From assembly GCA_903839985.1 (NCBI GenBank), contig CAIMEJ010000027.1:1-40391 (forward strand): DNA of 40,391 nucleotides, in the 5' to 3' direction. Source of the DNA: an uncultured bacterium (lineage in GTDB: Bacteria; Chlamydiota; Chlamydiia; Chlamydiales; VFKH01). Position numbers and translations under genes: made by a program. The notes beneath the pieces are model-generated. The model was not told where the DNA came from. It saw nothing but the letters and a program-made list of their open reading frames with translations, and did not search any database. This document shows positions 17,817-25,496 of this stretch, piece after piece (position 1 is the first letter of the stretch; each line of letters opens with the position of its first letter).

Positions 17817-18131
17817 TTATTCTTCTATCCGCACAAAAGCATAGGAGGCACTTGGTAATGCTTGGGGCTTTTTAAGAGTAACGGCTATTTTATAAGCATT
17901 AGGCCACCTAAAGCGCAATGCTTTAATGATTTCATTTCCAAGGGTTTCGAGCAGTAAAAAGCGTCCTTTTTCAGCGATCTCCGTGCAAATATCTGCGCAT
18001 TCCGCATAATTAACATACTCTTCAGTATTAACACTTAAATCTATAAGCAATAGTTGCTTACACAATCTTTCTGCATCATTTAAACCAATAATACAGTCAA
18101 CGCGCAACTCAAAAAATCCTATCTGTTGCAT
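17817..18131 (-). CDS. folB: Dihydroneopterin aldolase family protein (FolB/FolX-like)
   Basis: A 104-aa ORF that aligns by eye with E. coli FolB. IIGLNDAERLCKQLLLIDLSV matches TIGVYDWEQTIEQKLVFDIEM. RFLLLETLGNEI matches RFALVERVAEEV. TLKKPQAL matches the catalytic KLSKPGAV. Confidence 0.65.
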   Translation of the reverse strand: MQQIGFFELRVDCIIGLNDAERLCKQLLLIDLSVNTEEYVNYAECADICTEIAEKGRFLLLETLGNEIIKALRFRWPNAYKIAVTLKKPQALPSASYAFVRIEE

Positions 18132-18162
18132 AAAAAGCTTTTAGAGGTTTAGTCTCTATTCT

Positions 18163-18627
18163 ATGTTTAAAATACTTGTTCTTAGCTCTCTCTTTCTCTC
18201 TCCTCTTCTTGCACAAGAAGCGCCGCAAAAACCTCGTATTGTTATAGAGGTCCCGCCAACTATCGAAAATGAGACTGATATCCAGTATAATATTAAAGAT
18301 AAAATCACGAACATGCTTTTTTCACTAGGCGTCATTGTCGTGGCTGTTATCACTGTTACCTATGCTCTTAAAAAAATAACGCGTAAGAGGCTCGAGGCTG
18401 TTAACGCAAATAGCTCCATCAAGGTTTTAGAAAAAAGAACCCTGGCTCCTAAAACCCACCTCTATGTTATCGAAGCGCATAATAAGACCCTTTTAATTGG
18501 AGAATCTCCTGAAGGTCTCGTTACTCTTAGTGAACTTTCTCCAGGCTTTGAAGAGGCTCCTGTAGGCCAAGTTCCCCTCTCTTTTACACAAGTATTAAAA
18601 AATAAATTTGAAAATATAAAATCATGA
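18163..18627 (+). CDS. FliO-like membrane protein (signal-like N-terminus, one TM helix, conserved cytoplasmic segment)
   Basis: MFKILVLSSLFLSPLLAQEA is signal-like and the TM helix is LFSLGVIVVAVITVTYAL. The segment KVLEKRTLAPKTHLYVIEAHNKTLLIGESPEGLVTLSEL follows the FliO-family pattern as I remember it. That pattern is: l-e-r-x-x-L-g-p-k-x-x-l-x-l-V-e-v-x-x-x-x-l-L-l-G-v-t-x-x-x-i-x-x-L. Confidence 0.45.
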   Translation: MFKILVLSSLFLSPLLAQEAPQKPRIVIEVPPTIENETDIQYNIKDKITNMLFSLGVIVVAVITVTYALKKITRKRLEAVNANSSIKVLEKRTLAPKTHLYVIEAHNKTLLIGESPEGLVTLSELSPGFEEAPVGQVPLSFTQVLKNKFENIKS

Positions 18628-18779
18628 AATGGCTTCTTTTACTCCCCTTATTCTTTAGCTCTTGTGGTATTTATTGCATGCCTGAAGAAGATGACTTTTC
18701 TACAGTGCCTTTAACAAATAATCCGCACGTCACAAAGGATGCAGGAAAATCCCTAGCTCCCCCTGGAATGAATAAATAA
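18624..18779 (+). CDS. Small putative lipoprotein (51 aa), not in the supplied ORF track
   Basis: It translates to MKWLLLLPLFFSSCGIYCMPEEDDFSTVPLTNNPHVTKDAGKSLAPPGMNK. It has a signal peptide with a lipobox-like FSSC. Its ATG overlaps the upstream TGA (ATGA), and its TAA overlaps the downstream ATG (TAATG). Confidence 0.5.
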   Translation: MKWLLLLPLFFSSCGIYCMPEEDDFSTVPLTNNPHVTKDAGKSLAPPGMNK

Positions 18780-19471
18780 TGAGACCTATTTATTACGATA
18801 CGGAGACGACTGGTATTTCTTCTTCTATAGACCGTGTTATAGAGATTGCAGCCTACGACCCCGAAAAAAAGGCTACTTTTTGCCATCTCGTTAACCCAGG
18901 AATGCCTATACCTAAAGAGGCCTCAGCTATTCATGGCATTACAGATGAAATGGTAAAAGATAAACCCTCTTTTAAAGCCATTGCACAGGAATTTATTGAC
19001 TTTTGTGGCAGTGACTGCGTTCTTATCGCTCATAATAATGATGCCTTTGATATCCATTTTCTGCGTAGTAGCTTCGCTCTTGCAGAGATGCCTATGCCCA
19101 ACTGGACTTTCGTTGATTCTCTCAAATGGGCTAGGCGTTATAGACCAGATCTGCCGCGCCATAGCCTCCAAGTCTTAAGAGAACACTTTGGCATACCAGC
19201 CAATCAAGCTCACAGAGCACTCGATGACGTTTTTGTACTCGAAAAAATTTTTCAACTGATGATTGATGACCTTCCGATCAAAACCGTTGTAGAGCTGCTT
19301 TCTAAAAACAGTAAATTAACCCATATGCCTTTTGGCAAATATCAGGGAAAACCTCTTGCTGAAGTCCCCTCTGACTATGTTGCTTGGCTTTCTAAAAGCG
19401 GCGCCTTTGAAAAGCCTGGCAATGAGAGTTTAAAAGAAGAGATGGCGAAACTAGGGCTCTGTCCAAAATGA
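18779..19471 (+). CDS. DEDDh 3'-5' exonuclease (DnaQ/epsilon-like) fused to a DUF3820-like C-terminal domain
   Basis: Exo I is YYDTETTG, Exo II is IAHNNDAFDIHFL and Exo III is HRALDDVFVL. The C-terminal MPFGKYQGKPLAEVPSDYVAWLSKSG matches the PFGKYKG..L..P..Y..WL signature I associate with DUF3820. Confidence 0.85.
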   Translation: MRPIYYDTETTGISSSIDRVIEIAAYDPEKKATFCHLVNPGMPIPKEASAIHGITDEMVKDKPSFKAIAQEFIDFCGSDCVLIAHNNDAFDIHFLRSSFALAEMPMPNWTFVDSLKWARRYRPDLPRHSLQVLREHFGIPANQAHRALDDVFVLEKIFQLMIDDLPIKTVVELLSKNSKLTHMPFGKYQGKPLAEVPSDYVAWLSKSGAFEKPGNESLKEEMAKLGLCPK

Positions 19472-20247
19472 TTGTGGGCATTCTAGGAGTCGGCTTTCTG
19501 GGCAGTCAGATTGCTTCCTATCTAGAATATGAAGGAATAACACCCCTGCTTATTTCTCGTGATCCATCCTGTGTTGATAAATGGCTAGCAGAAGGTGCCA
19601 GGGCTTTTCTCCTAAAACCCCATTTGAAGGCTTCTTGGTCGGAAATGCTTTTGCAATGTGATGCGCTAGTAATTACTGTAGCCCCGAGCAATGGCGCCTC
19701 CTATGAGGAGACTTATCTAAATACCGCTAAGATACTGACAAAGCATAGCTTTCCTTTTTATTACTGCTCCTCTACCTCTGTCTACGGTGACAAAAATGGA
19801 GAGCCTGTTACCGAAGAATCTCCTTTAAGCCCCCTCTCCTCTTCCGATAAAACACTTGTAGAAACCGAAAAAGTTTATCTAAGACAGCCCTCCACTATCG
19901 TTCGTATAGGTCAACTATGGGGCTTTGAAAGACGTATTGAAACACGGCTAAGAAATCATGTAGTCTTTGAGGGCAACGGCTCTATGATGACAAATCTTAC
20001 CCATGTTACTGACGCAGCCAGGGCCTTTGCTTTTCTTATCAAGAACCATTATACAGGTATTTTTAATGTCTGTGGTAATATTCACAAAACGCGTAAAAAG
20101 CTCTACATGGATCTAGCAGCCCGCTATCACCTAGCAGCTCCCCTTTGGGACCCCTCTAGCAAATCTGCACATAGCGGTAATAAAATCGTTCTCAGTGAGA
20201 AAATTCGTTCGCTTGGTTTTCTTTTCCAACATGAAGATTATGATTGA
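19468..20247 (+). CDS. NAD(P)-binding Rossmann-fold protein, extended-SDR/epimerase-like (YeeZ-like)
   Basis: The N-terminal MIVGILGVGFLGSQIA and the SSTSVYG motif are typical of NAD-dependent epimerase/dehydratase-like proteins. It has an ATGA overlap with the upstream gene. Confidence 0.6.
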   Translation: MIVGILGVGFLGSQIASYLEYEGITPLLISRDPSCVDKWLAEGARAFLLKPHLKASWSEMLLQCDALVITVAPSNGASYEETYLNTAKILTKHSFPFYYCSSTSVYGDKNGEPVTEESPLSPLSSSDKTLVETEKVYLRQPSTIVRIGQLWGFERRIETRLRNHVVFEGNGSMMTNLTHVTDAARAFAFLIKNHYTGIFNVCGNIHKTRKKLYMDLAARYHLAAPLWDPSSKSAHSGNKIVLSEKIRSLGFLFQHEDYD

Positions 20248-21010
20248 AACAGGCCTCTCTCCTTGCCCTAATGACACTTTTCTTTTTTATGCCTGGATCC
20301 ACGGCCTTGTAGGAAAAGAGCACCCTATAAAACCTTTCCTAGCAGATGTGGAAACACTTAATCAGCAGGCTTTCAAACAAAAACTTCCTCTTACTAAGCT
20401 CTCTTTTGGAGCTTACAAATATGTAGGAGACCATTACGATCTTCTGCCTACAGGGGCGGCACTTGGTTGGAATTGTGGTCCTAAAATCATTGCTTCAAGG
20501 CCTTTTTCTCTGGAAGAGCTCTCCGATAAAAGCATCGCTATACCAGGGCGTTATACAACAGCTCATCTGCTCCTCGAAAAGCTCTTTAAACATCCCTTTA
20601 AGAAGCATTTCTGTTCCTATGATGAAGTAGAGGGTCTTGTGAAAAAGGGCTTTGTAGATGCCGGGCTGATCATCCATGAATCACGCTTCACCTTCGCCCT
20701 CGAAGGTCTCTATGAAATTGCGGATCTAGGGGAGATATGGCACGAAAAGACACATTTACCTCTACCCCTTGGAGGTATTTTTATCCGTAAGGACTTACAT
20801 CAACATTATAAGAGAGAATTTATAAAAGCTCTTCAAGACTCCCTTCTTTACGGGCAAGATAATCCAGATAAACTCTTGCCCTACATTCTTCAGCATAGCC
20901 GCGTGAAGGAAAAAAGTATCGTAGAAGCCCACATTGCCCTCTATATTACTAAGGATACATTTGAGCTCTCGAACGAAGGCCAAAAAGCTATTGATTTAAT
21001 GCTCTCCTGA
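20231..21010 (+). CDS. mqnD: 1,4-dihydroxy-6-naphthoate synthase MqnD (futalosine pathway of menaquinone synthesis)
   Basis: The signature GLSPCPNDTFLFYAWIHG lies at the N-terminus and LIIHESRFTF is present. I use the ATG at 20231 rather than the listed GTG at 20195, which adds 12 non-conserved residues. Confidence 0.85.
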   Translation: MKIMIETGLSPCPNDTFLFYAWIHGLVGKEHPIKPFLADVETLNQQAFKQKLPLTKLSFGAYKYVGDHYDLLPTGAALGWNCGPKIIASRPFSLEELSDKSIAIPGRYTTAHLLLEKLFKHPFKKHFCSYDEVEGLVKKGFVDAGLIIHESRFTFALEGLYEIADLGEIWHEKTHLPLPLGGIFIRKDLHQHYKREFIKALQDSLLYGQDNPDKLLPYILQHSRVKEKSIVEAHIALYITKDTFELSNEGQKAIDLMLS

Positions 21011-21059
21011 TAATCTCGTAATCTGCCTGCCTATCAAGAAGATATACCCAAAATTCTTC

Positions 21060-22196
21060 TTAATAACAGTACTGGAGCTTAAGCTGGCCATAGCTTGTAG
21101 AAAGACGCTGAAGCTGCCCCTCTTGTGAATAGCCATCATGCCACTCGATCATAAAACGCACTTTCCGGCCCCAGCCATCAATCTGCCCAAGTTCCACACC
21201 AAAAGCATACGTTTGATCAATTCTCCAGTCATTCATCTCTTTATTTTGTAAAAAGATGGCCAGAAAAGGCTTCCAGATAAGATTACGACAGATATCCTCA
21301 TAGAGGACAAACTTTATTTCTGTACCGTAGATAAAGACCAGGGGTCTTTGACGGAAGGTCGGATCAGAGATAAAATAGTCAGCGATACCCCCATAAAGAC
21401 GAATCTGATTATTGAGCCTGTAAGAAACATAAAGATCGAGTACTTCAATAGAGGGATTCGTGCGTAAAACATCGGGATTTAAGACCAGATACTCATCACC
21501 TAGATGCGATGAAATATGATAGAGGCGTGAGCGGAAAGACCACTTTTTAAAGGCATAAGTAACAGGAATACCACAATAATAGTCCGCATTTATCAGATCA
21601 TGGGAAGGGCTATCCATATCAAAAACAGCCCAAAGACCACCTTCAATACCTATCTGTAGATCCCCTTTCCAAGGAAGCACATTACACCAGCGATAGATCG
21701 GGATCTCATCTCCAAAAGAAACGGCTGCAACAACTGGGCTGATAGCCTTATCCCCTGCTCTATAGGCTGCGGAATACTGCACTTGCCGCGGATCTGCAAT
21801 AATGGGATCAAATAAGATATTTTCTAAAAGAAAAGGAAACCAAACACCCTCAATACGTGGCTTATGACACTCGGCCCATTTAATCGGGGCAAGTGCCGGA
21901 CAGTCCTCTGGAGGGCACTCTACAATCTGCACGGAGCAAACACCCGGAAGACGCTTAATTTGATGGATAATATTTTCTCTGAAAATACAGATATTGGGCA
22001 CTTCACTTAAATAAACATGCCCTTTTTTGACGACTACATTGACGTTACAGGGCGTATAGAATTCATCTAAAATACATTTGATATACCCTTCCAGATACCC
22101 ATCAGAATAACAATAGACGGGAGCTTGGACCTCTGCAGCATATAAGGCTGGGCTTACAGCTGCTAAAAGAACGATGACTTGTAAAAGTCTTTTCAT
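21060..22196 (-). CDS. Putative outer-membrane protein: signal peptide + BON-like domain + beta-barrel-like C-terminal region (DUF1207-like)
   Basis: I use the Met that gives the signal peptide MKRLLQVIVLLAAVSPALYAAEV, preceded by a purine-rich AGAGA. The BON-like segment runs NVNVVVKKGHVYLSEVP..RLPGVCSVQIV. The C-terminal part has alternating hydrophobic residues and ends in an aromatic residue (LKLQYCY). Its size and the ADPRQ motif recall the chlamydial DUF1207 family (from memory, unverified). Confidence 0.55.
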   Translation of the reverse strand: MKRLLQVIVLLAAVSPALYAAEVQAPVYCYSDGYLEGYIKCILDEFYTPCNVNVVVKKGHVYLSEVPNICIFRENIIHQIKRLPGVCSVQIVECPPEDCPALAPIKWAECHKPRIEGVWFPFLLENILFDPIIADPRQVQYSAAYRAGDKAISPVVAAVSFGDEIPIYRWCNVLPWKGDLQIGIEGGLWAVFDMDSPSHDLINADYYCGIPVTYAFKKWSFRSRLYHISSHLGDEYLVLNPDVLRTNPSIEVLDLYVSYRLNNQIRLYGGIADYFISDPTFRQRPLVFIYGTEIKFVLYEDICRNLIWKPFLAIFLQNKEMNDWRIDQTYAFGVELGQIDGWGRKVRFMIEWHDGYSQEGQLQRLSTSYGQLKLQYCY

Positions 22197-22306
22197 GAAA
22201 ATCTCTTTCTCTGTTTTTGATCGTTGTTTATATATAGAGAAAATATTTAATTGATGCAAGAGATCTAGCTACAAAAGTTGTTTTGTAGTATAAAACTTTC
22301 AAGACC

Positions 22307-24106
22307 ATGAAAAAAACACCCCTCTCTTTATTTGCCTTTATCTTTTCTTTTATTAAAAATCAAAAGACATCCTTTATTCTTATATCTGTTTTATCTCTTG
22401 GATGGGCTCTTGACAGCACCCTTTTTCCCTATATTTTAAAAATGGTGATCGACGCCTTATCAGCTTACGACGAAAAACGAGCCTTAATTTGGGGGGCTTT
22501 AACAGTTCCTGTACTTTGGGGGCTGACTCTTTGGATTTCCGTAGAAATCTGCCATCGTATCCAAGGTTTTATCGTAGCAAAAACTTATCCTAAATTAGAA
22601 TCTGCTATCCGCATGACGATGTTCGACTATGCAGAAAGACACTCCTATCACTATTTTGCCCACAACTTCGCCGGATCTATATCGAATAAACTAAGTGATA
22701 TGACCAGAGGAACTACCTCTATTCTTGAACTTATCGTACGTCTCTTTTTGCCTGTTGGCTGCGCGCTGCTGATTGCAATTACTCTCTTTAGTCTCGTGCA
22801 ACCTCTTTTTGGACTTATCTTATTTCTCTGGTTAGCTCTTACTTTTATCCTATCGATTCCGCTGGCAAGAAAATGTAATAAAGTATCTGAAGAGTACGCA
22901 GAAAGCCGTTCTACTTTAAATGGTAAAATTGTCGACAGCTTTATGAATAGTACGAATGTCAAACTTTTTGCCCGCTTTAATTTTGAAAGAAAATATCTGC
23001 AAAAATATCAAGACCGTGAACAGAAGTTTCATTATAAATCACTTATTGCCTCCGAAAAAATGAAGCTTATTTTTGGAATCCTCTGTTTTTTAGGCGCTGG
23101 TATAGCCATTAATGGCTATATGTTTTTCGCCTGGGAAAAAGGACTGCTTTCTACAGGGGATGTAGTCTTTATTTTTAATACAACATGGAACATCACCATG
23201 ATGGTCTGGTTTGCGGCTTTAGAGATTCCTTCTCTCTTTAAAGAATGGGGCACTTGCACAAGCGCTCTCTCTCTTATTACTAAGCCTCATGATGTTGTAG
23301 ACAAGCCAGGTGCTAAGCCTCTTGTTGTGAGCGAAGGAAGTATCCTTTTTGATAATGCCTCTTTCAGTTATACGGAAAACCAAACTCTTTTCAGTGATAA
23401 ACACTTGGAAATTAAAGCTGGAACAAAAGTAGGTCTTGTAGGCTTTTCAGGAAGTGGTAAGACGACACTTGTTCATCTTATCTTGCGCTACTTCGACCTT
23501 CAAAAAGGCCGTATCCTTATCGATGATCAGGACATTGCTACCGTAACAAGTGATTCTCTAAGAGAATCTATCTCCTTTATTCCTCAGGACACCTCTCTTT
23601 TTCATCGCACAATTTTAGAAAATATTCGCTATGGCCGCCCAGATGCCTCTTTAGAAGAGGTAGAGGCTGCTGCTAAAAAAGCGCATTGCCATGAGTTTAT
23701 TGAAAAAATGCCCGATAAATACGCTTCTCTTGTAGGTGAAAGAGGCATCACCCTATCGGGTGGTCAGCGGCAACGCATAGCCATTGCAAGGGCTATTTTA
23801 AAAGATGCTCCCATCATTATTTTAGATGAGGCAACAGCCGCGCTCGACTCTCTAACAGAGGGACAAATTCAAGAGAGCTTAAAAGATCTTATGCATAAGA
23901 GAACGACTCTCGTTATTGCTCATAGACTATCCACACTTGCAGATATGGACCGTATTCTTGTTTTTAAAGAGGGCCATATTATAGAAGATGGTACTCACGC
24001 CGAGCTTCTTAAAAGAAAGAGTCATTATGCCCATCTATGGAAAATGCAGGCAGGTGGATTTCTACTAGATGAAGAAGAAGACTTCGCTTCCGAAATGGAT
24101 GTATAG
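22307..24106 (+). CDS. ABC exporter, fused permease/ATPase (MsbA/ABCB type)
   Basis: It has an N-terminal domain of about six helices. Walker A is GFSGSGKTT, the ABC signature is LSGGQRQR, Walker B is IIILDEATAALD and the H-loop is VIAHRLST. Confidence 0.9.
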   Translation: MKKTPLSLFAFIFSFIKNQKTSFILISVLSLGWALDSTLFPYILKMVIDALSAYDEKRALIWGALTVPVLWGLTLWISVEICHRIQGFIVAKTYPKLESAIRMTMFDYAERHSYHYFAHNFAGSISNKLSDMTRGTTSILELIVRLFLPVGCALLIAITLFSLVQPLFGLILFLWLALTFILSIPLARKCNKVSEEYAESRSTLNGKIVDSFMNSTNVKLFARFNFERKYLQKYQDREQKFHYKSLIASEKMKLIFGILCFLGAGIAINGYMFFAWEKGLLSTGDVVFIFNTTWNITMMVWFAALEIPSLFKEWGTCTSALSLITKPHDVVDKPGAKPLVVSEGSILFDNASFSYTENQTLFSDKHLEIKAGTKVGLVGFSGSGKTTLVHLILRYFDLQKGRILIDDQDIATVTSDSLRESISFIPQDTSLFHRTILENIRYGRPDASLEEVEAAAKKAHCHEFIEKMPDKYASLVGERGITLSGGQRQRIAIARAILKDAPIIILDEATAALDSLTEGQIQESLKDLMHKRTTLVIAHRLSTLADMDRILVFKEGHIIEDGTHAELLKRKSHYAHLWKMQAGGFLLDEEEDFASEMDV

Positions 24107-24191
24107 ACAGCTCTAGTAATCTATAGTTTTGAAAATCCTTCGGGCCAGATTACTTATTTCCAGCCCTCCGGTTTGTTAAATAGGCTCTTAA

Positions 24192-24611
24192 TTATTGGGG
24201 AAACTGTTGCTCAAATAAAAAATGGCGACAACTATTCAAGGCTAGTAAGCCCGAACCAGCTGTTCCTAATGCTAGCACACCACGAGCAATACTATTAATG
24301 GCGGAAGATACCGGGAAACTAGATACTAACGAGCTCGTATCTAAACAGACTACTACGGAGGCTACTACGGCTGAAACTCCCACAAAAGCAAGGCCCGCGC
24401 CAATGCATACTCTTTTCGTGGCTTCCATGGGCACTGACTGCACACGAGGCAAGAAAATATGAACCTGTACATTGGGCTCCTCATCAGACCCTGATCTAAA
24501 TCTATATCTCGACCCACCAACGGACGAGCTTCCTCCGATATCCCCAGCTCCAATTCCAGCTTCTCCAACTCCATTCGTTACGGGCACACCCGCATAAATT
24601 ACAGAGGACAT
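24192..24611 (-). CDS. Small membrane protein with bilobed hydrophobic domain (Inc-like; candidate inclusion-membrane / T3SS substrate)
   Basis: A 139-aa ORF with AAGGAG upstream of the ATG. The N-terminus is Gly/Ser/Val-rich. Two hydrophobic lobes, VCIGAGLAFVGVSAVVASVVVCL and IARGVLALGTAGSGLLALNSC, are separated by a short Ser-rich loop. Confidence 0.55.
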   Translation of the reverse strand: MSSVIYAGVPVTNGVGEAGIGAGDIGGSSSVGGSRYRFRSGSDEEPNVQVHIFLPRVQSVPMEATKRVCIGAGLAFVGVSAVVASVVVCLDTSSLVSSFPVSSAINSIARGVLALGTAGSGLLALNSCRHFLFEQQFPQ

Positions 24612-24667
24612 ATAGTTACTCCTTTTAAAATTAAGGTTTTAAGATCTTACAAATCCATTATTACGAT

Positions 24668-24696
24668 TGTATAAAGTTGATGATGATAGCGTTCAA
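24668..24696 (-). promoter_or_regulatory. Putative promoter of the Inc-like gene (-35 TTGAAC, 17-nt spacer, -10 TATACA)
   Basis: On the minus strand, TTGAAC lies at 24696-24691 and TATACA at 24673-24668. These are about 55 nt upstream of the ATG at 24611. Confidence 0.3.
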
Positions 24697-24764
24697 GGGC
24701 CTATAAACCCTTTTTCTTAGATAAAAGAATTGGGCGTTTTGAAAACTGAAAGGTCCATTACTAT

Positions 24765-25304
24765 TTAACTAATTATAGGATAGTTCTCCCATCCGGATAA
24801 ATCAAAATGCCACCATTCTGTCGGTAGTCCTATAAAACCATGCCTCGTCATATAGTATTCTAGTAAAGCAGAGTTAGCCTGCTCCTCAGGTCCAGATCCC
24901 CTATAATTTCTATGCGCTTTTTCACTGAAATCATCAAATAGAGAGGGCATAGGAAGTTCTTGCCCTTCCCTATTAACTAAAGTGACATCTACAGCTGTTC
25001 CTCTTGTATGGGGGGCCTCTTCGGGAGGGCTGACATAGCGTTTATCGGAAACAGAATTCCAAAAAAACTCTTGAACAGCTAAAGGACGAAATCCATCCCA
25101 AATTTTGAGTCCAAGGCCCTCTTTTTTCAGATCTATCTGGACTTTAGCAAGTCCCCCAGCCACCTCTTTAAGGACTAAGCATTGGGAAAAATCATAGAGG
25201 CTCTTGCCTATAAAATTACGGACAGAAGCATACTTGAGCTCTACAATAATGGAAGGAATGCATGTCTTTATATCTACAAGTCCTTGCAAATCAACAGGAA
25301 GCAT
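24765..25304 (-). CDS. ddpX: D-alanyl-D-alanine dipeptidase (VanX/DdpX, peptidase M15D)
   Basis: The motifs are WDGFRPLAVQ, the zinc-ligand block PHTRGTAVDVTL (S/x-H-x-x-G-x-A-x-D-x-T-L), FDDFSEKAH and the catalytic EWWHFD. There is no signal peptide. Confidence 0.85.
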   Translation of the reverse strand: MLPVDLQGLVDIKTCIPSIIVELKYASVRNFIGKSLYDFSQCLVLKEVAGGLAKVQIDLKKEGLGLKIWDGFRPLAVQEFFWNSVSDKRYVSPPEEAPHTRGTAVDVTLVNREGQELPMPSLFDDFSEKAHRNYRGSGPEEQANSALLEYYMTRHGFIGLPTEWWHFDLSGWENYPIIS

Positions 25305-25320
25305 AAAATAACCCTTGAAT

Positions 25321-25365
25321 ATAAAAAAACCGAATGTTTAAGCATTACTACTTTTACATTCGGTT
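25321..25365 (-). terminator. Rho-independent terminator downstream of tRNA-Leu
   Basis: A perfect 10-bp stem pairs AACCGAATGT (25328-25337) with ACATTCGGTT (25356-25365). The loop is 18 nt. On the minus strand the stem is followed by a T-run (GGTTTTTTTAT). Confidence 0.65.
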
Positions 25366-25370
25366 AGATG

Positions 25371-25452
<82 letters not shown>

Positions 25453-25466
25453 AAAGACTTGGCAAA

Positions 25467-25496
25467 AGTCTACCATTTTTAAGAAGCTTTTAGCAA
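25467..25496 (-). promoter_or_regulatory. Putative promoter of tRNA-Leu (-35 TTGCTA, 18-nt spacer, extended -10 TGGTAGACT)
   Basis: On the minus strand, TTGCTA lies at 25496-25491 and TAGACT at 25472-25467, preceded by TGG. The -10 element ends 14 nt before the mature 5' end. Confidence 0.3.

Noticed and set aside
17784-17830. 13-nt direct repeat ATTCTTCTATCCG at the SDR start codon and again at the folB-like stop codon
   Set aside because: It is very short, and one copy lies in each of two coding ends. It is most simply chance or a micro-duplication, with no structure or function inferable.
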